Origin: a virus | Lineage: Duplodnaviria > Heunggongvirae > Uroviricota > Caudoviricetes | IMG/VR virus record: IMGVR_UViG_3300028886_000029 | Coordinates: 174,007 to 238,006 of that record | Direction: 5' to 3' (one strand) | DNA length: 64,000 nucleotides | In this document: positions 10,623 to 20,533 of the stretch, in pieces | How the letters are laid out: each line of letters begins with the position of its first letter | Numbering within the stretch: position 1 is the first letter of the stretch | Translations under genes and position numbers: made by a program | Notes under the pieces: generated by a model | What the model was told of the DNA's origin: nothing | Seen by the model: the letters and a program-made list of their open reading frames with translations, nothing else | Databases searched by the model: none

Positions 10623-13600
10623 TTAATTCCAATATAATCCTTTATTAACAACGTTTCCACCCTTGGTGTTAGTTGTCATTTGTTTTTCAATTAATTTGGT
10701 TATCTGTCTCACAAACACAGGATTCTTAACCAAGTCACTTAAAATATCAACACTTACGCCATTTCCGGCATCTAATTTAATACTTCCGTTAATATTAACA
10801 TTAGCAGATGTTGTACCACCACCCATCGCCTCGCGTAATGCTTGGAATCTTTGTTTGTTAAACGCAGACATTTCACTAACAGGTTTAACTGACAACATAC
10901 CACCATTCATCAACTCTCTTGCTTTCATTACACCAGTAAAACCGGTTTTCAACGCCTTAAACAAAACAGTCTGTTGCATTTTATTCAAGAACATCTCACC
11001 ACTGTTGCTTCTTGTTAATACTTTATCTCCACTTTCCGAATTACCTGGTACAATACCACCGTCATGAAATTGTGGTGTCGCCACATTGTCATTAGATATT
11101 GTAACATTTTGTGCGTTTACCGCTTGATTTTCAACATCAATTTTTGCTTTTGCTATAGTTTCAGATAATCCTTCTAAGGCACCTGAATCACCACTCTCAT
11201 ACATTTTCCTAAGCAATTTATCATTGAGTTCGCCACTACTGATTTTTCTATCACCATATGCTTTTCTAATTTTTTTCATTTCCCTGACAGAATAATCTCC
11301 TTGTAGTTGTTTAAAATCTCTTGATTTAGCGGTGTTTCCACCACCCATCTCTTGGAAAATCTCTTCTTTCTTTTTACTTCTTCTTTTCTCTTGTGCCTTT
11401 GTAATAACGCCACCAATAATTTTACCTGCCGCTGAGCCTATCATTTGTCCAATCATTGCGCCCAATGGTCCACCAAAAGCCATACCAATTGCAGCACCAG
11501 CTGTGCTACCAATAGTATCACCCAAAGCCTTGTTTTGATTATCCCTTTCAACCGCAGTTATTGGTTTTTTAAAGTCACCAGTCATTAGGTGTTCAGCACC
11601 TGTTATAATACCACCTAAAGCGGCGGCGGCACCAACACCACCCATAGTTACTTTCCCTGCACCCAATGCTGTTTTACTCCACATTTTTCCACCAGTGTTT
11701 TTTGCAGTACCTAAAACACTTGATTTTTTAACAGGAATTTGTCTTGTGTTACCGTTTTTATCCACAACAGTTTTCATTAGGTAATCAGAACTTTTACTTT
11801 CTGTATAACCCTTTGGTAACTTGGCTTTAGCGACTTTTGTTTTACCACCAAAACCACCCTTCATACCACCAATCATATTGGCACCACCACCGATAATACT
11901 GGACATACCCATAAGAACGTTCCAACCTGTCATTATTGTGACTATGGTCTCCACATTCTTATTCATAAAATCTAACACTTTAGATACCGGTTTTTGTACT
12001 TTTTCAAACGCCTTAGCCCTAACAGCCTCTTGCTTGTTTTCAAAACCAGCAAACTGTTGTGCAAGTGTTCTTGTATCCTTGGCAATATCTCTAATATTAT
12101 CAGCCTGTGTTTGGTTTTGCGCTCTTGCCAATTCAATGTCTTGGGCTGTCATGTCATTGACATTTTTTGTTATCTCACTTCCACTTCTATCAAAGAAAGT
12201 CATTTGTGCCCTACCATCCTTAACACTTGCAGTGTTTTTAATAAACTCTTTTTGTTCATCTGTCAAATTAGTGTTATTGGATATCTGACTACTGATATAA
12301 TCTCTTCTTCCACTTGCAAGAACACTTTCCATCACCTGCCCATAGTCCATACCCATGGCCTGTGCCGCAGCCTTAATCCTCTGTCTGTTAAAAGTACTAA
12401 CATCAACTTGCCCTGTGGTACTATTAAATCTACCAAGACCACCAACCATCTTGGTAAATCTGTCCATAAGACCCTCCATGTCTGTCATACTTTCATTAAG
12501 CATACCAAGAGGGTCACTAAACTGTGCGAACGGACCACCTAAAACCTGTAACTGCGCACTTGTCTCAACAGCACCTTGTAATGTTCCGACCTTATCAGCA
12601 AAACTTGCCATTTGCTGCATGTCAATTTTCATTGCGGTCGCTTTTTTAGCCATACTTTCAAGACCTTTAAGACCATTCTTGAAAGTATAGTTTTGTGCCA
12701 TTTTAATATTTTGTAAGAAATTTTCTGAATATTTCTCAAAGGACAAACCATATTTACCTGCGTCCTTATACATTTTACCTGCTCTCTCAGCAGCCTCTGA
12801 ATAAGATAAACCAAAATTTTCAAGACTTGCGGCCAATTGTCCACCCTTTTCACCCATCACAACACTTAATGCGGCTGCATTTTCTTTGTCCATAGCACTG
12901 AAACCCATATTTCTACCAACACTTGAAACATAACCTTGTCTCAGTTTTAACAAATCTTCCATTCCAATGCCATAATTGTCAGCCAAACGGCCATTTGCAA
13001 TAGAATTAATTGTATTGTTACGTATAAGTCGCATTCCTCTGCCACCCATACCAACACTTCTTGCAAAATTGGCGGATGCGGTGTCAACTTTCATCCAAGC
13101 ATCAGCAAATTGTTTACCAATTCTAAGTAAATCCCTACCACCTTGTTTTATCTGTTGAAAACCTCTGCTTATTGCATCAGTCTTTTGCTCTATAAGATTA
13201 GTCTGTCCTTGATATTGTTTTGTTTGTTTATCAAGAAGTTTGGTCTCCTCTTCTTCAAGACTATTTTCCTTACTTTGAAGTTCGTTTTTTTTCTCTGAAA
13301 GTTTTATTAACTCTTTTACTTGTCTTTCACTTAGATTGTATTTTTTTCTGATTTCCTCAATTTCTTCACCTTTATCTAAATCAGATAAAACTTTTTTTTC
13401 TTTCTCCCTACTTTTAAAATGTTTGTCTAATTCTTCTTTTTGGTCTTTAATTGCTTTATTCTGCTCCCTTATTTCTTTCTTAACCTTCTCAACAACATCC
13501 CTTTGTTTTTCAAATTCATTTGTTGTTTTTTCAAGTTCATGCTGAAAATCTTTTAATTGTGAAGATTTATACATAGCGTCACCGAAACCAAACAATCTAC

Positions 13601-13859
13601 CAAAAACATTCCTACTGTTCTTGTTGAGTTGTGCCGCTTGGTCTCTTCTGAACTTGGCTTCTTCGTAATTACTACTTTCACCAAAATAGTTTCTTGAATA
13701 GCCAGGGTATCTACCCTTGCCATCCTGTCTTTGCATTACATTCTCTTGTATTACTCTGGATAACCCCTCAAATTTTCCACCAAGGTCGCCAATAGTCTTA
13801 ACACTTTTGTTTAACTCATTTATCGCTTTGGTTAATTCCGTAATATTTACATCAGCCAT
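10623..13859 (-). CDS. Tail tape measure protein
   Basis: 1078 aa; coiled-coil N-terminus, Gly/Ala-rich hydrophobic segments, FHDGGIVPG..GDKV..SGEM C-terminal motif; lies downstream of the chaperone pair. Confidence 0.8.
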   Translation of the reverse strand: MADVNITELTKAINELNKSVKTIGDLGGKFEGLSRVIQENVMQRQDGKGRYPGYSRNYFGESSNYEEAKFRRDQAAQLNKNSRNVFGRLFGFGDAMYKSSQLKDFQHELEKTTNEFEKQRDVVEKVKKEIREQNKAIKDQKEELDKHFKSREKEKKVLSDLDKGEEIEEIRKKYNLSERQVKELIKLSEKKNELQSKENSLEEEETKLLDKQTKQYQGQTNLIEQKTDAISRGFQQIKQGGRDLLRIGKQFADAWMKVDTASANFARSVGMGGRGMRLIRNNTINSIANGRLADNYGIGMEDLLKLRQGYVSSVGRNMGFSAMDKENAAALSVVMGEKGGQLAASLENFGLSYSEAAERAGKMYKDAGKYGLSFEKYSENFLQNIKMAQNYTFKNGLKGLESMAKKATAMKIDMQQMASFADKVGTLQGAVETSAQLQVLGGPFAQFSDPLGMLNESMTDMEGLMDRFTKMVGGLGRFNSTTGQVDVSTFNRQRIKAAAQAMGMDYGQVMESVLASGRRDYISSQISNNTNLTDEQKEFIKNTASVKDGRAQMTFFDRSGSEITKNVNDMTAQDIELARAQNQTQADNIRDIAKDTRTLAQQFAGFENKQEAVRAKAFEKVQKPVSKVLDFMNKNVETIVTIMTGWNVLMGMSSIIGGGANMIGGMKGGFGGKTKVAKAKLPKGYTESKSSDYLMKTVVDKNGNTRQIPVKKSSVLGTAKNTGGKMWSKTALGAGKVTMGGVGAAAALGGIITGAEHLMTGDFKKPITAVERDNQNKALGDTIGSTAGAAIGMAFGGPLGAMIGQMIGSAAGKIIGGVITKAQEKRRSKKKEEIFQEMGGGNTAKSRDFKQLQGDYSVREMKKIRKAYGDRKISSGELNDKLLRKMYESGDSGALEGLSETIAKAKIDVENQAVNAQNVTISNDNVATPQFHDGGIVPGNSESGDKVLTRSNSGEMFLNKMQQTVLFKALKTGFTGVMKARELMNGGMLSVKPVSEMSAFNKQRFQALREAMGGGTTSANVNINGSIKLDAGNGVSVDILSDLVKNPVFVRQITKLIEKQMTTNTKGGNVVNKGLYWN

Positions 13860-13880
13860 ATATAAATCATTTTATCATAT

Positions 13881-13887
13881 ATAAATA
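13881..13887 (-). promoter_or_regulatory. Putative late promoter TATTTAT (tape measure/baseplate operon)
   Basis: Same motif found sense-oriented a short distance upstream of 12 gene starts in the window. Confidence 0.55.
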
Positions 13888-13910
13888 TTTCACAAACAAT
13901 TTTTTTAATT

Positions 13911-13945
13911 AAAAAAAGGGGCTAACATTAAAAATTAGTCCCCTT
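13911..13945 (-). terminator. Rho-independent terminator after the tail chaperone genes
   Basis: Minus strand AAGGGG-ACTAA...TTAG-CCCCTT followed by a T tract. Confidence 0.6.
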
Positions 13946-14215
13946 ACTTCTGTTACTTTGTTCCAATCTTGCATAGGTGTTTAAATCACTGTTATTCCTC
14001 ATTGTACCACTATTCTTTTGCTCCGCCAATTTTTGTGCTGACACACTTTCTTCCTGCTCACTATTATGTTTCATTATAAAATATTTTCTATCCTGAGTAG
14101 GCATGTTATAAACTGTCTCAATAGGAATACCTATGTATTTGAAACAACCATATATCTCATCTTTAAGCCTTTTTTCATAGTCATCAGGCAATGTTGAGAA
14201 AAAGGTACTGGTCAA
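13928..14215 (-). CDS. Tail assembly chaperone C-terminal part (T4 gp51-like position); probable frameshift extension
   Basis: Only TTG starts near the 5' end; overlaps the 3' end of the 449-aa ORF; VYNMPTQDRKYFI motif; directly precedes the tape measure gene. Confidence 0.6.
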   Translation of the reverse strand: MTSTFFSTLPDDYEKRLKDEIYGCFKYIGIPIETVYNMPTQDRKYFIMKHNSEQEESVSAQKLAEQKNSGTMRNNSDLNTYARLEQSNRSKGTNF

Positions 14216-15533
14216 GTTGTAGAAACACTTTCATTGAGCCACCTCCCAGACTCTCAGGTTTTTCAACCTCAACATTATAATCAATACCAGGTTCATTTTC
14301 AGTGATATATTTTCTTAATGAACTGCTGTCCCTGACATTCATGTTCCTGATAAATTCCCTAACCATTTTTCTGTCAGTTATACCATCAACAGCCATTATG
14401 GACAACTCTAATCTATTTGTCACACTATGAGTGAAATCAGGTTCATCATCCTCCATCTCTTCTTGCCAATCATCAAGTGCCCTGATTGCTTGTTTAATCT
14501 TAACCCTCTCACTTTTCTCAAGGTTCTCATCATCCTCAACAAACCTGTCCAAATCCTCAACATATTCCTTGATTTTGCCTTTAACTGCCATTCTATCCTC
14601 TTCTTTTTCCAACTTGTCAAGCAAAACCAAATCCTTATGGGTTAAAAACCTGAACTTAATTTGTTTTTTACTGACAGGTAAAGTATAATCAAACCATCCA
14701 TTCTCATCACCCTTTAACTTAAATGGTCTGAATTTCAATTTACTTAAATCAAAAACAGTATCAAACTCAACACCTGTCTCATTGTCCTTTGCCGTAATAG
14801 GATACTCATTACCATAACCACTTGCCCTTAAAAAAATCACAATGGCTTCTCTATCACCCTCAAGCATGTCATAAGTGTCAATTCTACCATCAAGTACTTT
14901 TTCTTTGAGTATCATGTCAATAATCTTATTATCCCTATACAAATTAGGCGCAATAATCATGTTCTCATCATAAGCGGTCAAATAAGCCACAGGTACCCTA
15001 TTTATCTTACTCCTGTAACATTCACCATTAGATGGTATGGGTATAACATCATATGTTGCTTGTGGATTGTTCTCAGTTTTCTGTGTCAACTTAATCTCAT
15101 TAACCGTCTCAGTGTTAAGGTTTAGTTGACTTGTTTCCTGTCGCTCATCCTCTCTCATTGCCAATAAATCCCTTTCTTTTGTAAGATTATTCACATATTC
15201 AGCCTTAGCCTTGTCTTCAGCCTCATACTTATCCAAAAGTTCCGTAATACTTTTTCCTGTATGTTTTCTTGGTGTTCTCTTTGCTGTTTTCAGTTCTTCC
15301 TCAGTTCCACCTAAATTAAGGTATTTCTGTATAATATCAGCCTCCGCAATGTTAATTGTCTCCAATTCCCTTGCGATGTCCGCATCACTGTACATCCTGT
15401 CACCATTCTCATTTAATTTCTGTCTCATTCTTTTCTCACTTTCTTTCTTGGTTTGTTCGTACATTAAATAAGAATGTTTAAGCAAATTCAAATCTTTTTG
15501 CCTTTGCACATCTTGTGTATTATCCTCTGCCAT
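14184..15533 (-). CDS. Tail/baseplate hub assembly chaperone (T4 gp26-like)
   Basis: IPIPSNGECY..YLTAYDENMI..GDREAIVIFLRASGYG..FRFLT..EPGID motifs; upstream of the tape measure gene. Confidence 0.65.
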   Translation of the reverse strand: MAEDNTQDVQRQKDLNLLKHSYLMYEQTKKESEKRMRQKLNENGDRMYSDADIARELETINIAEADIIQKYLNLGGTEEELKTAKRTPRKHTGKSITELLDKYEAEDKAKAEYVNNLTKERDLLAMREDERQETSQLNLNTETVNEIKLTQKTENNPQATYDVIPIPSNGECYRSKINRVPVAYLTAYDENMIIAPNLYRDNKIIDMILKEKVLDGRIDTYDMLEGDREAIVIFLRASGYGNEYPITAKDNETGVEFDTVFDLSKLKFRPFKLKGDENGWFDYTLPVSKKQIKFRFLTHKDLVLLDKLEKEEDRMAVKGKIKEYVEDLDRFVEDDENLEKSERVKIKQAIRALDDWQEEMEDDEPDFTHSVTNRLELSIMAVDGITDRKMVREFIRNMNVRDSSSLRKYITENEPGIDYNVEVEKPESLGGGSMKVFLQLDQYLFLNIA

Positions 15534-15585
15534 TATATGATTTTTTTTCCTTTTATTTTTAAATAACTAGTTAGAAAACTTTTTT

Positions 15586-16068
15586 TTAATGTCTTCTATT
15601 CTTGTCTTTTTTCTTTTTATTTTTCTCATCATATTCCCCAAGCATTTCCTTTAATGTTTTCATTACCTTACTTGGATTATTATTGATGTCATGTTCCCAT
15701 ATCCTGATAATTGGTATACCGTGCATTAAAGCCCACTCATCCTTAATTCTATCAACATATTCATTGTGTTTCTGCATTGGGTTTTTTTGCTCATGTTGTA
15801 AACCGTAAGAGTGAAAATAATCCCCATCAATCTCCAGTAGTGTTTTACTACCTGACGGTAGGGTGACACAAAAATCATAATACCGACCAATTTCCTCAGC
15901 CTTATATTGATATTGATACTCAACACCTAATTTATCCAAAAAATCTTTCGCAAATCTTTCTTCTAATTTAGATGTTCCATATTCTTTGTGTTTCCTATTT
16001 TTTGGAGAACGCTGACTGTTTCCCTTAACTTGTTTGATTTTCTTATTCCTTACTGGTTGTACCATCAC
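15586..16068 (-). CDS. Vsr/DUF559-like PD-(D/E)xK endonuclease
   Basis: SKLEERF..YYDF..LLEIDGDYFH..D..KD..A..HG..IIRIWE. Confidence 0.75.
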   Translation of the reverse strand: MMVQPVRNKKIKQVKGNSQRSPKNRKHKEYGTSKLEERFAKDFLDKLGVEYQYQYKAEEIGRYYDFCVTLPSGSKTLLEIDGDYFHSYGLQHEQKNPMQKHNEYVDRIKDEWALMHGIPIIRIWEHDINNNPSKVMKTLKEMLGEYDEKNKKKKDKNRRH

Positions 16069-16756
16069 TTATTTTTTCAACAATTAACATTCCATTTTCA
16101 TATGTAACTTTTGTCCCAAGTTTTTTAATTGTATATTCAACTGTAATATCTTCTGTTTCACTATATGCACTGATTTTAATATTTCCACCATCCTCCTTTA
16201 TTATGACATTTTTTGCATCAGTTAGTTCTAAAACTTTTTTATGGGAACAAGAAGCCGTATCAGTAATATTACTATCTTCGATTTTTAATTCATTAGTACC
16301 TGAACTTTCCCTTCTTTTCACTTTTTCATCTCTTAATAACCGTGCAACCGCTTTACTTTTGTTTTTGAAATCACAGTTTTCATTAAAAATATCACCCTCA
16401 AAAGTGTCATGCACCATCCTTGTGTCAACATCAAAAGGTAAAAACCCCAACCTATCAAGAATTATAGGGTTTTCCCTTATAATTTCATTAACACTCTTTT
16501 GTATGTCATCCATCTTTTTTTGCAATGCTTGTTTTTGCACTTGATTTATCTTTTTTTCCGATACTTCCTTCGGGTTACTAAGGTCTAATGGACGCTCAAA
16601 CTCTTCTGCTTTAACTTTCTTTAAAAGTCCTAAAGCAATATTATAATCTTCAACCAAATCACTTACTTTGGTAATTGTTTCTAACTCACTCTTTATTATA
16701 GGAGTTGTCCTATTTTCTTCCATGGAACACCTTTTATTATCAATATTTTTTTCCAT
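16043..16756 (-). CDS. Hypothetical protein
   Basis: 237-aa ORF tiled with its neighbours; no motif recognised. Confidence 0.6.
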   Translation of the reverse strand: MEKNIDNKRCSMEENRTTPIIKSELETITKVSDLVEDYNIALGLLKKVKAEEFERPLDLSNPKEVSEKKINQVQKQALQKKMDDIQKSVNEIIRENPIILDRLGFLPFDVDTRMVHDTFEGDIFNENCDFKNKSKAVARLLRDEKVKRRESSGTNELKIEDSNITDTASCSHKKVLELTDAKNVIIKEDGGNIKISAYSETEDITVEYTIKKLGTKVTYENGMLIVEKISDGTTSKE

Positions 16757-17105
16757 TACTTGTTATTTTAAAAAAAGGATTATCTTCCAAATCCTTTATT
16801 ATTTTTTCTATTTCCTCACATTCTTTCCTAAAATCAAAAACTGATTCAGGTTTTAATTCAAACCACTCATTTAATTTATGTTCAGGATAATGTCTCTGAT
16901 GCATTATTTTCTCAATATAAAACGGATGTTCAGTCTCATAATAATCAACCAAAAAAATTTCATCACCATTACCTGTCTGTAGTTTTTTAATTCTTTTCTC
17001 AATGCACCCCTTGGTCACACCTATCTTAAAAACATTGTCATGACCACTGTCACATAACAGATAAACATATGCCATCTCATTCAAGTTCAACATTAATTTC
17101 CCCAC
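16740..17105 (-). CDS. GIY-YIG family nuclease (T5orf172/MUG113-like)
   Basis: YVYLL..FKIGVT..IEKRIKKLQTGN..E..MH..EWF. Confidence 0.8.
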   Translation of the reverse strand: MGKLMLNLNEMAYVYLLCDSGHDNVFKIGVTKGCIEKRIKKLQTGNGDEIFLVDYYETEHPFYIEKIMHQRHYPEHKLNEWFELKPESVFDFRKECEEIEKIIKDLEDNPFFKITSNGKKY

Positions 17106-17361
17106 ATTCAGTCCATTTAAACAAACCTAATTGGAGATTATTATACTTTCTTCTTTTTGAGTCCATATATACCACCCCCATTCCACAATCATATTGCATG
17201 GTCTCATAAAATTCGCCATCACCCATGTATATACCATAGGTTTTATTCACACCACCATAATAATGATGATTGATTTTAAATTTTCTTTTTCTTAACCAGC
17301 CTTTAATTGTGTATATCTTAACCAAACACCAATTAACTATTTTAATAATAATACTTTTCAT
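17077..17361 (-). CDS. Hypothetical protein
   Basis: 94-aa ORF, first gene of the minus-strand unit, with TTGACT upstream. Confidence 0.5.
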   Translation of the reverse strand: MKSIIIKIVNWCLVKIYTIKGWLRKRKFKINHHYYGGVNKTYGIYMGDGEFYETMQYDCGMGVVYMDSKRRKYNNLQLGLFKWTECGEINVELE

Positions 17362-17419
17362 TTTTATTGGAAAATAGAGTATTATTACTTAAAAGTCAAC
17401 ATTTTTTGTAAAACACAAC

Positions 17420-17426
17420 TATTTAT
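17420..17426 (+). promoter_or_regulatory. Putative late promoter TATTTAT
   Basis: ACTATTTATTA 19 nt before the ATG at 17446. Confidence 0.55.
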
Positions 17427-17445
17427 TATAAAAAAATATTGTGTT

Positions 17446-17796
17446 ATGAGAAAAGATATGAGAACTAATATTAATGAGATAAGAAAAATGACCACAAAAT
17501 TTCCTAAAACACTAAAAGAGGCTCTTAATTTTAATGAGACTGATGATTCTATTGAAACCGCAGAAGAACCAACAATGGAACCTGAGATTCATCATGAAGA
17601 ACCTGTTATGGACAAACCAAATGAGATAAACAATGCATCCGAAAAAGCAAAAAAACTAATTGATGATATCCGTAAAATGTCATTAAGGGCAATGGCAGAA
17701 CTTGCTGATACACCGGAAGACGAAAATTATATTATGTTAAAAAAGGTGTGGAGTATGACAGACCGTAAGCCTGAACAAGACAAGAATAGTCAATAA
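17446..17796 (+). CDS. Small acidic protein, possible head-internal protein
   Basis: 116 aa; INEIRKM..LKE..FNE leader-like motifs; late motif upstream. Confidence 0.55.
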   Translation: MRKDMRTNINEIRKMTTKFPKTLKEALNFNETDDSIETAEEPTMEPEIHHEEPVMDKPNEINNASEKAKKLIDDIRKMSLRAMAELADTPEDENYIMLKKVWSMTDRKPEQDKNSQ

Positions 17797-17847
17797 GTTA
17801 TTTTTTTTTTTGGAAATCATATGCCTATTATCAAAATTAGACGTAAG

Positions 17848-17877
17848 AAAAGGGTTGATAAAATTTTCAACCCTTTT
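17848..17877. terminator. Bidirectional terminator
   Basis: AAAAGGGTTGA-loop-TCAACCCTTTT between convergent genes. Confidence 0.75.
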
Positions 17878-17917
17878 ATTTTTCAATTCTTAATGTTCTT
17901 TTATTGTACTGGATATA

Positions 17918-19078
17918 TTATTTTTTAATTACTTTTAGTAATTTATTTAAAGACGAAAAATCATTTTCGTTTTTCACATGTTGTTTATCAGTGTAATATA
18001 AGATTTTTATTCCATGTTCTTCACATAACATTTTCTTTTTTTTATCTCTTTCTTTACATTCAAGAAAATTTTTTTCACCAAAACATTCAACTACTTGAAA
18101 ATGTTGTATTCCCTGACATTCTATTGCTATGTTATAATCAGGTAAATAAAAGTCCAAATACAAAAAAGATTTATATTTTAACCAATTAAACCTTTTTTGT
18201 GTTTCAAATTTTATTTTATTTTTACTTAAAAAATTATACATTCTTGTTTCCAATTTACTTCTTTTACATGTTGGGCAACCACTTTTACCTGTCACAAAAT
18301 TAGCCACTAATACTTTAAATTTTCCATGTTTGGGGCATATTACTGTAATTTTTCCATCTTCATCCCTATTAAGTGTATCTAAATTTTCATAGGTGTATGT
18401 TCCTTTACCATATACTTCTTCACCTCTTCTAATTATTTCTTCATTTGTCAATCTTGTTTTTAAACCGTTTTCTCTCATTGAGCATTCATAACAACCTTCA
18501 CCATTCATTAAATTCCAATATCTCATCAATTTTAAACCATGTTCAGGACAAATAACCCTTATTCTTCCTTCACAATCTTTTTCAGAGTATTTTGTCTCAG
18601 AAAAATCTAGATTAGGATGTTTTTCAGACAATTCTTTTCTGACTTTCTCATCATCTTTTTTTCTTCCATTACAATACTCACACCCTTCAACACCATTAAT
18701 AAAATGTGATGGTCTTATTAGAAATCTTCCATGCTCTTTACAGTAAATTTCCATCCTACCAAATTCATCCCTGAAACTAAAATCAATTTTGTCAAAATCA
18801 TATTTATCTAAATCCCCCCTTTTTTTAATTTTCTCTAAAAATTCATTTTTTTCTAAAACTCTACCTAACCTACGTTTTTCTTTTGCACATAATGGACAAC
18901 CTTTACCTTGTAAATGATTATGTAACCCCTGCTCATGAATATAATCATGTTTTTTACACCTATATTTTATTTTATCTATTTTACTATTTACACCTTCTGT
19001 GATTGTGTAATCATACTTATCACCATGTATTTTTCTTGCTTCTTCTATTATATATTCTCTATCATATTTCATATTCAC
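17918..19078 (-). CDS. Homing-type endonuclease with repeated zinc-ribbon modules and a Vsr-like nuclease
   Basis: Four C-x2-H(G)...G-C-x2-C repeats, then LDFYLPDYNIAIECQGIQHF..D..K..LC..HGI. Confidence 0.75.
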   Translation of the reverse strand: MNMKYDREYIIEEARKIHGDKYDYTITEGVNSKIDKIKYRCKKHDYIHEQGLHNHLQGKGCPLCAKEKRRLGRVLEKNEFLEKIKKRGDLDKYDFDKIDFSFRDEFGRMEIYCKEHGRFLIRPSHFINGVEGCEYCNGRKKDDEKVRKELSEKHPNLDFSETKYSEKDCEGRIRVICPEHGLKLMRYWNLMNGEGCYECSMRENGLKTRLTNEEIIRRGEEVYGKGTYTYENLDTLNRDEDGKITVICPKHGKFKVLVANFVTGKSGCPTCKRSKLETRMYNFLSKNKIKFETQKRFNWLKYKSFLYLDFYLPDYNIAIECQGIQHFQVVECFGEKNFLECKERDKKKKMLCEEHGIKILYYTDKQHVKNENDFSSLNKLLKVIKK

Positions 19079-19176
19079 TATTTCTTTATTAAGAAGATAA
19101 TTTTTTTTTTCTAAAAAGTCAAGAAAATATGGAAAATATCTGAAAAAAAAAAATAAATTTTTTTACTATTTAAAAC

Positions 19177-19183
19177 TATTTAT
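19177..19183 (+). promoter_or_regulatory. Putative late promoter TATTTAT
   Basis: ACTATTTATA upstream of 19215. Confidence 0.5.
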
Positions 19184-19214
19184 ATATAGAAGAAAGTAAA
19201 AAACATTATAAGCC

Positions 19215-19556
19215 ATGAAAACAAAATTAAAAGAAAGAGATGTTAATATATCCAGAGAATGGATTAAACTATTCCTTGGTATTGCACTTGCCATTTTTGG
19301 TATGGGTATCATTGCTTTCAGTTTAATTGTCCCACCTATGGGCGCAATACATGCAAGTGTTGTAACTACTTTCGGTACAATTCTTGCTTGGGTAGGCACA
19401 ATGTTCGGTATAGATTCCAATACGAAAATCAAAAAATATGAAATTGAAACCGAACATGAACTAAAGAACAAGGAACTTGAGGAAAAAATGAAACGGTTTG
19501 ATATGAGACATGGTTATAAAGATATCATAGAAGAGGATATAGAAAAAGAGGACTAA
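19215..19556 (+). CDS. Two-TM membrane protein, holin-like
   Basis: Two hydrophobic helices (LFLGIALAIFGMGIIAFSLIV; VVTTFGTILAWVGTMFG) and a charged C-terminal tail; late motif upstream. Confidence 0.5.
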   Translation: MKTKLKERDVNISREWIKLFLGIALAIFGMGIIAFSLIVPPMGAIHASVVTTFGTILAWVGTMFGIDSNTKIKKYEIETEHELKNKELEEKMKRFDMRHGYKDIIEEDIEKED

Positions 19557-19570
19557 ATTAGTCCTCTTTT
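19543..19570. terminator. Bidirectional terminator containing both stop codons
   Basis: AAAAGAGGACTAA-A-TTAGTCCTCTTTT inverted repeat. Confidence 0.7.
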
Positions 19571-20472
19571 ATTTTTTCTAAACATTCATTTAATGCTTCC
19601 AACCAATGCCTGACATATGGTTTATTTCCCTCCAACTTAATTAGTTGTTCAGTATTTAACACACTATATGGTGGTCTAATGTAATCCTCATTAAAACATG
19701 GTTTCACTAAATCACCACCGTCCCATATATCAATCACTTTCGCTAAGTCATACCATGATGCCACACCTAAATTACTGAAATTTATTAACCTTACATCCTT
19801 ATACTTTTCAATATTATTTATAACATCAATAATAAAACCAGCCAAATCCATTCCATATGTGGGTGAGCCAACCTGTGTGTTCACAACACTACATTCCTCA
19901 CCATTTTTGACTTTATTATATATGGTCTTAACAAAATTTTTACCAAATTCAGAATATAACCATGATGTTATTATCATTAAATAGTTATTCTCCATGGTAT
20001 TTTCCAATTCACACATACCGCTAAACTTCGATACACCATACCTGTTTGTTATTGTGCCTATTGATAAATCATAAAACCACTTTTCTTCACAAGGCTTTGG
20101 CTTGACTTTACCATATATATAATCAGTACTGATATGTATTAAGAAAATATTGTATTTTACAGACAAATTGGCTAAATTTTTCACACCTACACTATTTATT
20201 TTAAATGCTTGCAGTGTGTCTTTTTCAGCATCATTCACATTGGTATAAGCAGCACAATTAACAATTATCTTAATATCAGGGTTGTTTTTAATATACCCCT
20301 CCATCATATCCCCATTAGTAATATCAAACTCTTCCCTTGTTGTGAAAATATATCTTTCATTTTCATATTTTTTATTTACGGGATTAATTATTGTGGTGAC
20401 TAAATCACCAACAAGTGATTTAATGCATTGGCCTAACTGACCGTTAGAACCTGTTATTAATATTTTGCTCAT
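19558..20472 (-). CDS. rfbD: dTDP-4-dehydrorhamnose reductase
   Basis: ILITGSNGQLG, VNCAAYTNV..AE, HISTDY, YGVSK, GKNFV, Q.GSPT, SWYDLA, RP.YSVL. Confidence 0.9.
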   Translation of the reverse strand: MSKILITGSNGQLGQCIKSLVGDLVTTIINPVNKKYENERYIFTTREEFDITNGDMMEGYIKNNPDIKIIVNCAAYTNVNDAEKDTLQAFKINSVGVKNLANLSVKYNIFLIHISTDYIYGKVKPKPCEEKWFYDLSIGTITNRYGVSKFSGMCELENTMENNYLMIITSWLYSEFGKNFVKTIYNKVKNGEECSVVNTQVGSPTYGMDLAGFIIDVINNIEKYKDVRLINFSNLGVASWYDLAKVIDIWDGGDLVKPCFNEDYIRPPYSVLNTEQLIKLEGNKPYVRHWLEALNECLEKIKED

Positions 20473-20533
20473 AAAAAAATAAAATTTTTTTCTACAAAAA
20501 TACTATTTTTCCACAAAAAAAACAAAAACAACA

